A stretch of 64,000 bases of DNA from a virus. Of this stretch, positions 36,359 through 46,228 are shown one piece after another; positions within the stretch are counted from its first letter, which is position 1; each line of letters begins with the position of its first letter. Both the position numbers and the translations under genes were made by a program. A model generated the notes under the pieces. That model was not told where the DNA came from. It saw nothing but the letters and a program-made list of their open reading frames with translations, and made no database searches. The stretch spans positions 4,319 to 68,318 of IMG/VR virus record IMGVR_UViG_3300002334_000064; one strand, written 5' to 3'.

Positions 36359-37852
36359 ATGGCAATAGCACCCGGCACATGTTTAACACGCGGCAACAAT
36401 TCAGAATTCGCAAGTTTGGATGTAAGCAATTTTGGCCGAAGTATTATCGAATCGCCGAAACAAGTAGAGGTCAAGATTCGAGAGGTTGAAATTCCGGTGA
36501 TGCCTTGGCAGGGTGATTTACTTGAGGCCGAAGAAGAAATCGTTGCGGCTGTTGGGGGTATCGGTAGCGGCAAGACTTACGGCGGCGCGTTGTACACCGT
36601 TGATAAGATGGCATTCGAGGCTGATACCGGGACCATCGGCGCAGTACTCGCAAACACCTACGAGCAGTTGAGTCAAGCAACACTTCCGAAGCTTTGGGAG
36701 GTGTTCGCTACGCTCGGGATGGAATACGGAACCGACTACGTACAGAATGAAGCGCCGCCGAGAAACTGGCGAGGGTTCAAAAGTCGATTCAAGAAACATC
36801 ACAACGTTGTCAGTGTTCGATGTTGGGGCCAGTTCATTACACGGTCACTTGAGAAGTACAACGCCATTCGCGGCGTGGAACTTGGCTGGTTCTGGTGGGA
36901 TGAAGCACGCGACAGTAAGGAAGAGGCGTTCAAGGTCGTTCTAGGACGCCTCAGATGCCCCAAGGCACACAAGAGAGAGGGAAGGATAACAACATCGCCC
37001 AACGGGTTCGATTGGCTCTATGAGGCGTTTGTAGAGAACGCGGAAGTATTCGGTGAAGGCAAGAGACGCATGATCCACATGCGCACGCGAGACAATATCT
37101 TTCTTGACGAAGAATTCTTTGAACTTCTTGAGAAATCATACGATCCGCTGTTTGCTAAACAGGAACTTGATGGTGAGTTTGTCGCGCTTACGGAGGGTCG
37201 CGTATACCGCAACTTCCAGCGGAAAATACATGTTCGCAAACGCAATTACAATCCAGAGCTTGACCTGTATGTAACCGCTGACTGGAACCGTAACCCGATG
37301 TTGTGGGAAATTTGCCAGTTGATACCGGCAAACTCTTATGACAACAATGAAGACTTTGAAATCTTACACGTGATTGATGAGATTGCGGTGAACGAAGCGG
37401 ATACACCTAGCGTCTGCGAAGAACTAATAAGACGCTACCCGCCTTCGGAACACAAGGGACAAATGCGGTTTTGTGGTGACCCATCAGGACGCAACAAAGA
37501 CACTCGCGGCAACTACACCGATTACAAACTTGTTCGTGAGAGCCTAGAGGCACAAGGCGCGTGGGCCGGTAGATTCGTGAGGATGTGGAAGGCCGCACAA
37601 CCGCCACAAATGAAACGCGTGGCTTCTATCAATGCTATACTTCTCAACACCCGTAAACAGGTGCGTCTTTACATTGATCCGAAATGTAAAGAATTGCATC
37701 GTGACTTTGAACGATGCGTGTGGAAGCCGGGTACGAAATTGATGGACAAAGATACCGATCGATCACGTACGCACGCCTCAGACGCGCTATCGTACTTGAC
37801 ACTCGTAATGTTCCCGCCTTTGACTAGCGGTAGCGGAACAATCACCATATGA
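36359..37852 (+). CDS. terL: Terminase large subunit
   Basis: GGIGSGKT, IRGVELGWFWWDEA, TTSPNG, ADWN, GDPSG, HASDALSY. Confidence 0.95.
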   Translation: MAIAPGTCLTRGNNSEFASLDVSNFGRSIIESPKQVEVKIREVEIPVMPWQGDLLEAEEEIVAAVGGIGSGKTYGGALYTVDKMAFEADTGTIGAVLANTYEQLSQATLPKLWEVFATLGMEYGTDYVQNEAPPRNWRGFKSRFKKHHNVVSVRCWGQFITRSLEKYNAIRGVELGWFWWDEARDSKEEAFKVVLGRLRCPKAHKREGRITTSPNGFDWLYEAFVENAEVFGEGKRRMIHMRTRDNIFLDEEFFELLEKSYDPLFAKQELDGEFVALTEGRVYRNFQRKIHVRKRNYNPELDLYVTADWNRNPMLWEICQLIPANSYDNNEDFEILHVIDEIAVNEADTPSVCEELIRRYPPSEHKGQMRFCGDPSGRNKDTRGNYTDYKLVRESLEAQGAWAGRFVRMWKAAQPPQMKRVASINAILLNTRKQVRLYIDPKCKELHRDFERCVWKPGTKLMDKDTDRSRTHASDALSYLTLVMFPPLTSGSGTITI

Positions 37853-37868
37853 ATTGCAAGCCGCAATT
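37852..37868. repeat. 17-bp palindrome copy overlapping the terL TGA
   Basis: AATTGCAAGCCGCAATT. Confidence 0.9.
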
Positions 37869-37885
37869 GAACAGGATATAGACAA

Positions 37886-39670
37886 ATGGCAAAGATCATT
37901 GCAGAGCAGCAGAACGTATCGGAAAATAAAAGTTCCAACCCTAGTTTTGACGCATACTTTATGGAAGGGTTGCTTGACCGTAAAAGGTTGTTCAACTTTC
38001 TTGATGTTTCGTACCGAGGCGGCAAAGCGTACAAAGAAGGTTGTGATGTTTACGGGTTGCCGCTTCTTATTCCGCACGAGTTGGAACTAAGCGGTTCTGG
38101 TGATTCGCCGCAAACTTTGAACGCAATTATTGCCAATACCGGCAATTCGGAAGATAACCGTTTCTTACGTCGTCTACGTACATCGTCGTATAAGAACTTC
38201 ACCAAGCCGATTATTTCTAGGTTCGCGGCATACGTCACCCGTAACGATCCAAAGCGGTATGACACGGACGAGCTTGATCGGATCAAGATTAAACCGTTCA
38301 TTGATGAAATGATTTTGGAGGGGTTGAAGCTTACAGAAGTATGGGTTGGGTACGATACCGTCCAGCTTGACGAATTTGATGAAGATGGCAGTTTGATCTC
38401 TTATACGGAGAACGATATTGCTGTTCTTGATCCAGAACATCAAGGCAGGCCATACCCTGTAATGATCGATGCTAGAAACGTTGTTGATTTTGATGAGGAC
38501 GAAAACGGTGTTATTCATCGTGTTGTATTTGAAGAGATTGAAGAATTCAAAGATTCATTCACTGCTAAAAAGTCAAAGGTTACAAACTACAAAGAGTGGA
38601 CAACAACCGGTTGGAAAACTTATCGCAAGGTGAAATCAGGCGATAGTAAAAATTCGTTCAATCAAGAAAAAACTTCAACGATCACCAACACGCTAACCGG
38701 CTCATCTGTTCGAGTTGAGTTGATTAGTGAGGGTTCGCATTCATTCGAGGAAGTCCCTTTTAGACCGTTCCGGCCAAGGTTCCCTACCGAAGACCTTGCG
38801 GATTTGAACAGGCTTCTGTTCAACATCGAATCACTTGTTGATGAAGAGTTGTTTTCATCGACGTTCACCCAGAAAGTGATTACAGGCGCGAGCGCTGACG
38901 AAGTGAAGACGGCTACAACAGGGTCAGGTAATACGCTCGTTATCGAGAACCAAGATGCAACGCTTGATGTTATTGGTTCTATCGAGGGTCAAGCTGCAAG
39001 TCTCATGGACCGGTGTAGACATATCGTCGAGGATATTTACCGTCTAACAGCTATGGATAGCGGGCAAAAGAATGTTGCTGAAGCGGCAGAGAAAAAGAAA
39101 CGAGACTTGGAAGCGCTTTACACCTTGCTAATTCAGGTGGCCAAAGACGCGGAGATTGTAGAGAACGAATTGCTTATCGGCATGGGTATCATCGAAGCGG
39201 GTGATACAAATCAGCTTTCTGTTTATGATCGCAAGTTTGATATTGCAAGTATCGCCGAAATGCTTGAAGAGCTTGAAAGTTTAGGACGTATGCCGTTCGT
39301 ACCCGGATCGTTTAAACGTATGAAGGCGTTGCAGATTATGCGGAGGCTCGATACCCATAACGAGTTTAAAGACTACAAAACTTCGGAAGACATGATTGAC
39401 ACTACAACCGAAATGGTGGAAGCCATTGAAGTACTGCTACGTATGGGCATAGTTACCCCGGAAGCTATCGCAACAGCGCTAGGTTTGCCGACTACGCCTG
39501 AAATCATCAAGATGATTCAAGAGAAGATGAGCAGTCACCGCGAAGCCGATGATGTGTTTGGTGATGATGAAGCCGCGCAAGAGTTTGAGGATGATAAAAA
39601 TGGCAAAGAAGATAGTGTTATCGAAGATGAAGGGTTTGAATCTAAAGGAAATCAAAGCGAAGATAAGTGA
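37886..39670 (+). CDS. Portal protein
   Basis: Follows TerL; YRGG, RRLRTSSYKNFTKPII, HSFEEVPF pattern of SPP1-like portals. Confidence 0.85.
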   Translation: MAKIIAEQQNVSENKSSNPSFDAYFMEGLLDRKRLFNFLDVSYRGGKAYKEGCDVYGLPLLIPHELELSGSGDSPQTLNAIIANTGNSEDNRFLRRLRTSSYKNFTKPIISRFAAYVTRNDPKRYDTDELDRIKIKPFIDEMILEGLKLTEVWVGYDTVQLDEFDEDGSLISYTENDIAVLDPEHQGRPYPVMIDARNVVDFDEDENGVIHRVVFEEIEEFKDSFTAKKSKVTNYKEWTTTGWKTYRKVKSGDSKNSFNQEKTSTITNTLTGSSVRVELISEGSHSFEEVPFRPFRPRFPTEDLADLNRLLFNIESLVDEELFSSTFTQKVITGASADEVKTATTGSGNTLVIENQDATLDVIGSIEGQAASLMDRCRHIVEDIYRLTAMDSGQKNVAEAAEKKKRDLEALYTLLIQVAKDAEIVENELLIGMGIIEAGDTNQLSVYDRKFDIASIAEMLEELESLGRMPFVPGSFKRMKALQIMRRLDTHNEFKDYKTSEDMIDTTTEMVEAIEVLLRMGIVTPEAIATALGLPTTPEIIKMIQEKMSSHREADDVFGDDEAAQEFEDDKNGKEDSVIEDEGFESKGNQSEDK

Positions 39671-39911
39671 TGTGATCGGATCGAGATCGAAAGAAGACGA
39701 GCCGGAAATTCATCCGGTAGAAATACGTGGCGACGATCCGAGAAACAACAACAACCCGTATGTAATCATGGCGAAGATGAAAAAGATCATGGACGCAAAC
39801 CCGCGAGGGTTAAAGACGGGATCGCTTGAGGCGTTGAAGTTTGACCGGTTGAAAATTCGTTTAGAAAAAATACAGAATGCCGAACAAATCAAAGAAGTTG
39901 ACACTTCGTGA
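39600..39911 (+). CDS. Small hypothetical protein
   Basis: Fills the portal-to-head gap; start uncertain. Confidence 0.45.
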   Translation: MAKKIVLSKMKGLNLKEIKAKISDVIGSRSKEDEPEIHPVEIRGDDPRNNNNPYVIMAKMKKIMDANPRGLKTGSLEALKFDRLKIRLEKIQNAEQIKEVDTS

Positions 39912-41010
39912 AGAGATACTTGATAACCGCGCAAGGCTCATCAAGCACGAAAAAGAAATTGTTGCTGCTGCTGATTTGTTCTTTGTTGGTCTTGAACGTG
40001 AGTGGAAAAAAGAAATCAATCGAACGATTCGTACGGCTTCTCCGAATCGAAGTGTTTCGGCAACACAAGAGGCATTGCTAAGACGTAAAGTAATGATATT
40101 GCGAAGAGTGAACGCGATAACAGACAAAAAGGTTGCTGAAGTTCAGAAGTGGCTCGGTACGAGGGTTCAGCAGATCGGACTAAGGGAATCGGTAAGGGTT
40201 CAATCGATCCTTGACACTCAGATATCTCGCAGTCTCGTTACGACAGGGCGAACCGTACCGAATGCGGGGTTTACAAACGTCAAGTTTCAAGGGATTGGCA
40301 GGGGTTCGATACAGTCTGCTCTAGGTTCTGATCTTGTTGGGCACAAACAACTGAAGTCGTTCGAGCACATAAGCAAGACTGTAAAAGAGAAGATGAAGAA
40401 AGAGCTTGCGCAGACCATCGCAGACGGCAAAGGGCCGGACGATCTAATCAAGAAATGGACGCGGGGATCAGGATCGGCACATCGCAAGTTTAAGAACGAT
40501 GTACGGGCACTTGCTAGAACTTCCCTACATGCCGCTTCAAACGCCGCACACGAGGCCGTATACCGTCAGAACGCAGTGCTAATACCACGTGTCAGATGGG
40601 AAGCTACATTTGACAGCGTAACTTGCATGGTGTGCGGGGGATATCACGGCACAGAGTACGCGGTCAACAACGCACCCGCGATACCCGCACATCTAAATTG
40701 TCGATGTATCTTGATTCCGATATTCGGTGACCCGTTGCTGAACAGTGATTTGAACAGCCTTGAAGCGTACGTTGATAAAGGCGTGACGAGATACCGACAA
40801 GCCGATAGATCGTTTGATAACTGGTTGCGTGTAAGGGCGACCGAAGCACAGAAGAACGACTTCTTTCAAAGTAAATTTAAACGAGCGGCATGGCAGGATA
40901 AAAAAGTAAAACTTGAACAGATGGTGACACCTACGAACCATGTACTGACAGATGGTCAGATATCAAGATTGATTACCGATAGCAATTGGTTAAAAGCACA
41001 CCCCATTTGA
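39877..41010 (+). CDS. Minor head / head morphogenesis protein (SPP1 gp7 / Mu F-like)
   Basis: LART, WEATFDSVTCMVC, PAHLNCRCILIP. Confidence 0.9.
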   Translation: MPNKSKKLTLREEILDNRARLIKHEKEIVAAADLFFVGLEREWKKEINRTIRTASPNRSVSATQEALLRRKVMILRRVNAITDKKVAEVQKWLGTRVQQIGLRESVRVQSILDTQISRSLVTTGRTVPNAGFTNVKFQGIGRGSIQSALGSDLVGHKQLKSFEHISKTVKEKMKKELAQTIADGKGPDDLIKKWTRGSGSAHRKFKNDVRALARTSLHAASNAAHEAVYRQNAVLIPRVRWEATFDSVTCMVCGGYHGTEYAVNNAPAIPAHLNCRCILIPIFGDPLLNSDLNSLEAYVDKGVTRYRQADRSFDNWLRVRATEAQKNDFFQSKFKRAAWQDKKVKLEQMVTPTNHVLTDGQISRLITDSNWLKAHPI

Positions 41011-41026
41011 ATTGCGGCTCGCAATT
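41010..41026. repeat. 17-bp palindrome copy (reverse core) overlapping a TGA stop
   Basis: AATTGCGGCTCGCAATT. Confidence 0.95.
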
Positions 41027-41041
41027 CAGGAGATAAATACA

Positions 41042-41572
41042 ATGGCTTTGAATACAGATATAGCGGGAACGGCTACCGACTCATACGTAACGCTTGCCGA
41101 ATTCTCAACGATTGGTGCAACGCTCGTTGAGCTTGTGCAATACGGTATCGACCAAGCCGATCTAACGGCATTTGAGGCCGCTTCTGTTGCCACACAAGAA
41201 GAAGTTGCAAGGCTTTCAGCAAATAACATCGATACAGCCGCATACGACGGTGTGAAATTCACGGACGCACAAATAAGAGAGTGGCCGAGAACAAGAACAC
41301 GTAGACCCGATTTGCGCGAGGGGACTATTGTACCGCGTGAGGTTCTTCTGGCACAGGTCGCAGATGGGCTGAAGGCGTTTGCATTGAAGAGTGACAACCA
41401 AGAAGCACTTGATAGTAACATCGCTTCGTTCTCGCTTGCCGAACAATCCGTTTCGTTCAACACTAAAAACGCTTTTAAGAATGCGAATATTCACAATTCG
41501 GCAAAGAACATTTTAGAGAAGGGTAATTTGCTTCGCGGCGGTGTTTCTTCCGTGCGAATGCGTAGAGGTTGA
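41042..41572 (+). CDS. Head-tail connector (DnaT-like family)
   Basis: DSYVTLAE, ID..YDGVK..QIREWPR, VPREV..AQ. Confidence 0.75.
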   Translation: MALNTDIAGTATDSYVTLAEFSTIGATLVELVQYGIDQADLTAFEAASVATQEEVARLSANNIDTAAYDGVKFTDAQIREWPRTRTRRPDLREGTIVPREVLLAQVADGLKAFALKSDNQEALDSNIASFSLAEQSVSFNTKNAFKNANIHNSAKNILEKGNLLRGGVSSVRMRRG

Positions 41573-41604
41573 ACTGATATAGGAATTGTTTTGTTGTTTA
41601 TTGT

Positions 41605-41640
41605 TTGACATTCCTAAATTGCTTCCGTATTCTACACGTG
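41605..41640 (+). promoter_or_regulatory. Sigma70-like promoter for scaffold/capsid genes
   Basis: TTGACA-17 nt-TATTCT then ACACGTG; AT-rich upstream. Confidence 0.7.
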
Positions 41641-41812
41641 TCGTCTTACTCGAAAGAGTTGGGCGATAATTCCAAAGTTGGCGGTCTTGTTATAGATCGC
41701 ACTATGAGTGATTCAAAGTTGCTCAGATGAAGAGAACGGAAGTGCATACCCGTTTTCCGCGTTGACTGCGAAAGGTCAGAAAAAAACACTCCCGACCATA
41801 GGAGGTAATCCC

Positions 41813-42715
41813 ATGTTGATTACTGCTAATTCAATCGTTCGTAATTGTGGCGTCGGTCCTACATTTGATGCGGGTTCACCTGATCCGTTTCGCCCATTTG
41901 GTGCTTGTCACTTCTCGGGCGATCGCTTTGGCGGTCCTTTGTTTGTACCGGATGCTGATGAAGGCAGTGGTTCAGAAGAAGAAACTGTTGAAGAGACTGT
42001 TGTAGAAGAAGGCGAAGAAGTCGTAGAAGCAACAATTCCAAAAAGGCAGTACGACAGTGTTATGAAGGAAACGAGACAGCGGAAGAGAACCATTGCTGAA
42101 CGAGACGTTGAGATCGTAAGACTTACAGGTCTCGTTCCGAACGAAGATGAGCTTGCGGAGTTTCGTGACTTCCAATCGAATAAAGAAAACGAAGAAGTTG
42201 AAAAGAAAAAGAGTGCGGGTCGTTTTGAAGAATTGCTTTCGACTGCGAACAAGAAGCACGCAGCAGAAATTGGTGCTCTTGACAAGACGGTTGCGGGTCT
42301 TACGGCTCGGCTTGGCGCAACAACTGTTCGTAGTGCTCTTGCGTCAGTTATCCCGCAATACACAGGCGCACCGGTTGCCGATGTGATTGCAATGATTGGT
42401 GACGGTGTTTCGTTTGATGCTGAAGAAGACGCAATCGTCTTGAAAGGCCCGGACGGTGAATGGCCGTTGAACGATAGCGGCAAAACCCAAAGCCTTGAAG
42501 AATTTGTTGAAAAGTTCATTGCAGGTAAGTCGTACCTAGTCAAAGTCGAGCCGCTTGGTGGTTCTGGCGGGAAAAACCAAAGAGTATCGGGTAAGACAGG
42601 TGCGAGATTGACAGGGGCACAGATCAACGCTCTACCGTTGGATGAAAAAAGATCAGTGCTGAAGTCGATTCGTGAAGGCAACGAGAATGCAATCGAAGCC
42701 TTCAAGCGTAACTAA
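41813..42715 (+). CDS. Capsid scaffolding protein
   Basis: GGAGG ribosome-binding site; acidic coiled coil, GGSGG C-terminal linker; precedes the major capsid gene. Confidence 0.8.
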   Translation: MLITANSIVRNCGVGPTFDAGSPDPFRPFGACHFSGDRFGGPLFVPDADEGSGSEEETVEETVVEEGEEVVEATIPKRQYDSVMKETRQRKRTIAERDVEIVRLTGLVPNEDELAEFRDFQSNKENEEVEKKKSAGRFEELLSTANKKHAAEIGALDKTVAGLTARLGATTVRSALASVIPQYTGAPVADVIAMIGDGVSFDAEEDAIVLKGPDGEWPLNDSGKTQSLEEFVEKFIAGKSYLVKVEPLGGSGGKNQRVSGKTGARLTGAQINALPLDEKRSVLKSIREGNENAIEAFKRN

Positions 42716-42822
42716 GAAAACCTTTGAGCCGGAATAGCTTTGTAATTGTTGTGAAGCGGGTTTGAAGGGTAGTAGAAAAAATACCTTGTTGCAAAGCAGG
42801 GTTTCAATTTGGAGAATGAAAA

Positions 42823-43743
42823 ATGGCAAATACCCTTACTGCCTATACGCCCGAACTTTGGGCGGAAACCAATGTTCAGATTCTTCGTGAGAAGATCGTA
42901 CTTCCGAACCTTGTTCGGCGTGACTTCTCAGCCGATCTTGCTGAGGCTGGCGATACGGTCAACACACGTAGACCTGCGAAGCTGACAACCAACAACTTCA
43001 CAAGTGCCGGTCAGGTTACTACTCAGAACCTTACCGCTGCGAACATTCCGGTTACCTTGAACCAACACAAGGAAGTTACTTTCGAGGTTACCGACCGCGA
43101 AGCTTCCCGTTCGTTCAAGAACATCATCGAAGAGTTCATGGACCCGTCTATGCTCGCAATCTCCAACGACGTTGATACGGCGATCGCTTCCGAGTACGCC
43201 AACTTCGACGTTTCCGCAACGGTTGCATCGGCTGCCGGTTGGGATGCTGCTATTCGAGCCGCTCGCACCACGCTGAACAACCAGCTTGTTCCTGAAGATG
43301 GCCGCTCGCTCGTGCTTAGCAATGACGACGAAGGTTCGCTTCTTGCCGATGACAAATTTGTCAAAGTCAACGAGTCCGGCGATGGCGGGCAGGCTTTGCG
43401 TAACGGTATGGTTGGTCGCCTGTACGGTTTCGATATCTTCCGTGCAACGAACATTCAATCTGTTGGTTCGCCAGTGCTTCGTAAGAACATGGCGATTCAC
43501 AAGAACGCAATTGCAATGGTTATCCGTCCGATGGCTACTGCTGACAGTTCCACACCCGGCGTTAATCAGGCGATTGGTTCTGACGACGAAGCCAGTCTTG
43601 CCGTTCGTATGACTATGAGTTACCAGCACCTCTACTTGAAGACACTGGTAACCTTTGACATTCTTTACGGCATCAAAACGCTGGAAGATGTTTCGGGTAT
43701 CACTCAGGTCGATTCGGCTATGGTTCTTAACGCCGGTTTCTAA
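42823..43743 (+). CDS. Major capsid protein (P22 coat-like, HK97 fold)
   Basis: MANTL..PELWA, LVRRDF, GDTVN, GRLYGFDIF, FDILYG. Confidence 0.92.
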   Translation: MANTLTAYTPELWAETNVQILREKIVLPNLVRRDFSADLAEAGDTVNTRRPAKLTTNNFTSAGQVTTQNLTAANIPVTLNQHKEVTFEVTDREASRSFKNIIEEFMDPSMLAISNDVDTAIASEYANFDVSATVASAAGWDAAIRAARTTLNNQLVPEDGRSLVLSNDDEGSLLADDKFVKVNESGDGGQALRNGMVGRLYGFDIFRATNIQSVGSPVLRKNMAIHKNAIAMVIRPMATADSSTPGVNQAIGSDDEASLAVRMTMSYQHLYLKTLVTFDILYGIKTLEDVSGITQVDSAMVLNAGF

Positions 43744-43772
43744 ACCGATGATTTGAATCTACAAGCAACACT

Positions 43773-43795
43773 AAACCCCCTAGCGGGGGTTTTTT
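43773..43795 (+). terminator. Rho-independent terminator after the major capsid gene
   Basis: AAACCCCC-TAGC-GGGGGTTTTTT. Confidence 0.85.
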
Positions 43796-43822
43796 AGTTT
43801 TCAAAGTTGATGTTTGGATCAC

Positions 43823-43839
43823 AATTGCGAGCCGCAATT
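43823..43839. repeat. 17-bp palindrome copy, intergenic
   Basis: Exact consensus. Confidence 0.95.
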
Positions 43840-43841
43840 CA

Positions 43842-44501
43842 ATGAGGTTAAAAATGGAACCATCAAGATACGAAGAGATTTACGAACCGGCTTATCGGGG
43901 CGGGTATCACCGCGACGGGAGTTACACACACTCAAAGCCTCTTCTAACGCGCGTGCTTGAAATGTATCCAAACACCAAGTCAGCTATTGATTTCGGGGCG
44001 TCTAACGGTGCCGCTATCCGATGGTTGCAAAGTCGGAACGTGATAGCGACGGGGATTGAGATATCAAGCACCGCTGTTGCGATTGCCGCGAATCACAGAA
44101 CAATGATTGCGAACGGTTCGATATGTGAACCAAACGACTTCAAAACGAATGTTGTTGAACTGGCATACTCGACGGATGTAATGGAGCACTTATCCGTTGA
44201 AGATATTGACAAGTGCATATCTGAACAGGTGCGGGTTTCAAATCATCTAGTTGCGGCGAAGATTGCCACAAAGAAGGCTCGCGTACTTCAGCCGTTCCGG
44301 CATATGGGGGCCGGGTTCAATCCTCATTTGACAGTTCAATCAATACGCTGGTGGTGGGCAAAGTATATGCAACAAGGACTTGAATTGATTTGGACGGATG
44401 GTAATGACAGTGCGATATTCCGCAAGATCGACAGACCACAACCTTCTGAACTGATTACGAACGTTTCTGAGAGCCTAGATACATCCTTGGAGGTGTCGTA
44501 G
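43842..44501 (+). CDS. Class I SAM-dependent methyltransferase (non-DNA type)
   Basis: AIDFGASNG, GIEIS, STDVMEHL, HLTVQ..WW. Confidence 0.85.
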   Translation: MRLKMEPSRYEEIYEPAYRGGYHRDGSYTHSKPLLTRVLEMYPNTKSAIDFGASNGAAIRWLQSRNVIATGIEISSTAVAIAANHRTMIANGSICEPNDFKTNVVELAYSTDVMEHLSVEDIDKCISEQVRVSNHLVAAKIATKKARVLQPFRHMGAGFNPHLTVQSIRWWWAKYMQQGLELIWTDGNDSAIFRKIDRPQPSELITNVSESLDTSLEVS

Positions 44502-44505
44502 GTCT

Positions 44506-45168
44506 ATGACACACACGTACGACCATAAAGATCAGGTTGCTCTTATAGTGGCTTCAGGGCCGTCGTCGGGAATGATTACGCAACAGTACCTTGAGAAGTT
44601 CCGAGAGCACTATAAGGAACAAGGTACGGTCATCATCGGAACAAACAACGTGTGGAACGTTGCGAGCGGGTCGCCATTGTTTGCGGATTACGGGGTGATC
44701 CTTGACCGCGACTTCTTGGCAAAGAACCAAGGGCCGATGAATACTTACCGTAAACTCAATCCGGCGTTCATTCCGGTGTTGGGATTCAAACCGCGCAACG
44801 ATGTTTTAGGCAAGTGGCACCAAATAAACATCCTCACGGATCGAACGGCAGAGTTTGAACCGGCGTATGAATTCGGGCAGTATTTCCACGGGTTATCTTC
44901 CGGTGTTGCTGCTATACAATTCGCGCTACATTGCGGGGTTTCAAAGATACTTTTGATTGGGCATGATCTTTGTTGTCACGAAGGAAAGACACACGGAAAC
45001 GGCAAGAGAAATAATATCGAGTTAGATAAGAATTACCCGCAAGGCCGTGATATGATGATTGGGTACATGTGGGTGTACGAACAGGCAAAGAGTCTAGGTG
45101 TAGACGTTCTGAATCTTTCACCTATTTCTGAATTAAACTTTATCCCAAAACCAGTAAACGCGGAGTAG
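44506..45168 (+). CDS. Maf/DUF115-like (nonulosonate-transferase-related) Rossmann protein
   Basis: ALIVASGPS, IIGTNN, SSGVAAIQFALHCGVSKILLIGHD, VLNLS. Confidence 0.7.
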   Translation: MTHTYDHKDQVALIVASGPSSGMITQQYLEKFREHYKEQGTVIIGTNNVWNVASGSPLFADYGVILDRDFLAKNQGPMNTYRKLNPAFIPVLGFKPRNDVLGKWHQINILTDRTAEFEPAYEFGQYFHGLSSGVAAIQFALHCGVSKILLIGHDLCCHEGKTHGNGKRNNIELDKNYPQGRDMMIGYMWVYEQAKSLGVDVLNLSPISELNFIPKPVNAE

Positions 45169-45174
45169 TTGGAA

Positions 45175-45774
45175 ATGGCTAAGAAAACAACAAGCAAGAG
45201 AACGATCGTTCGTCGTCCTAAGTCCACAATTTCAGGATCAACGCCCAAGAAGAAAACAACGACTAAGAAAACGCCAGCACGCAAGCCAAAGGCTTCAAGT
45301 GTCAAGCGGAAAGTGCAAGACGTGCCCGCTCTTACCCTTGCACCTGTTATTGATATTCAAAGTAACGCTCGCGGTATCAGTTTTAACCCGGCGGCGTTCA
45401 ACACCGAAGACGACGATGAAGCAACTGCTCTTGCGGCATCGGCACATGGTACAGCGTTCGTGCGGATGCTTCATCCAAAGGGCACTGTCAAAGGGGTTAC
45501 CGCAACGTCTGTTATCGCACGGCTTATGGAAGGTTGGAGGTTCTTGGTAATGGAACCGGCAACGCCTCGATATGTCGGAGTTGGTGACGTGTGCGATATG
45601 GCGGAAGAAGAAAACTTCACGCACGATGTTCGAGATGCAAGAGTTCCCCAAACAATCGAGCAAGCCGAAATGTCGTGGGAAATCGCAATGTCTCAAGACC
45701 TGTCAGTGTTCCCTAATCACCCTGATCTTCTTAGAGGTTTTAACGCGTCACATACTCGCAAGTCAAACCTTTAA
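45175..45774 (+). CDS. Hypothetical protein with histone-like basic N-terminus
   Basis: K/T/P-rich first 45 aa. Confidence 0.6.
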   Translation: MAKKTTSKRTIVRRPKSTISGSTPKKKTTTKKTPARKPKASSVKRKVQDVPALTLAPVIDIQSNARGISFNPAAFNTEDDDEATALAASAHGTAFVRMLHPKGTVKGVTATSVIARLMEGWRFLVMEPATPRYVGVGDVCDMAEEENFTHDVRDARVPQTIEQAEMSWEIAMSQDLSVFPNHPDLLRGFNASHTRKSNL

Positions 45775-45794
45775 CTGGAAAGGAATTCTGAACT

Positions 45795-46223
45795 ATGTCG
45801 TTACCGATGATGACAAAAGATAGAGCTACGTTTCAACGTGTGAACGTGACAGGTGACGAATTTGTAAACGCCATAAGAAAAAACGAGTATGGAGAAATCG
45901 ATACTTCCCAGATTGGCGGTCAGGACATACTTGATACTATTTGCACAGACTGCAAAGGGAACTGGCAACCGGGAAATCAAATCGAAGTACCTTCTAACAG
46001 CGGACCCGGACGAACAAAGCTTGACGGCGCTTTCTTTGCAGACAGTTTTCACGATGGAAAACTTGGCGACCTAGTTTATTTCAACGGTGATGCGACTGAA
46101 GTTTATCGGGTTGCACGCGTCACACCGCGAAAAGACCCGTTCAAGAGTTCAGTCACAAAGTTCACGCGCTACGATTTCGTGAAACAAGACCCGGTAGCCG
46201 TCCGAGATAACACTGAGGATTAA
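45795..46223 (+). CDS. Putative head closure protein
   Basis: Position and NEYGE..GDLV..YRV pattern. Confidence 0.55.
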   Translation: MSLPMMTKDRATFQRVNVTGDEFVNAIRKNEYGEIDTSQIGGQDILDTICTDCKGNWQPGNQIEVPSNSGPGRTKLDGAFFADSFHDGKLGDLVYFNGDATEVYRVARVTPRKDPFKSSVTKFTRYDFVKQDPVAVRDNTED

Positions 46224-46228
46224 AGCGA

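Noticed and set aside
41640-41705. Resemblance to a c-di-GMP-I riboswitch (GAAA tetraloop, CAAAG, CGGTCT)
   Set aside because: The conserved 5' GGCAAA element and the ACGCAAA junction are missing. Kept only as a generic structured leader.
41908-43629. Long minus-strand ORFs (265 aa and 233 aa) and other minus-strand ORFs in the track
   Set aside because: They are antisense shadows of well-supported + strand genes (scaffold, capsid, tape measure) and have no recognisable motifs.
6055-45171. Several in-frame TAG-then-start junctions (6057/6058, 14742/14743, 17347/17348, 17641/17642, 34768/34769, 45168/45169) suggesting TAG recoding
   Set aside because: All long conserved genes (RNR, TerL, portal, tape measure, helicase) are intact under the standard code, most downstream ORFs have their own purine-rich leaders, and no suppressor tRNA was seen. 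Tight gene packing explains the junctions.
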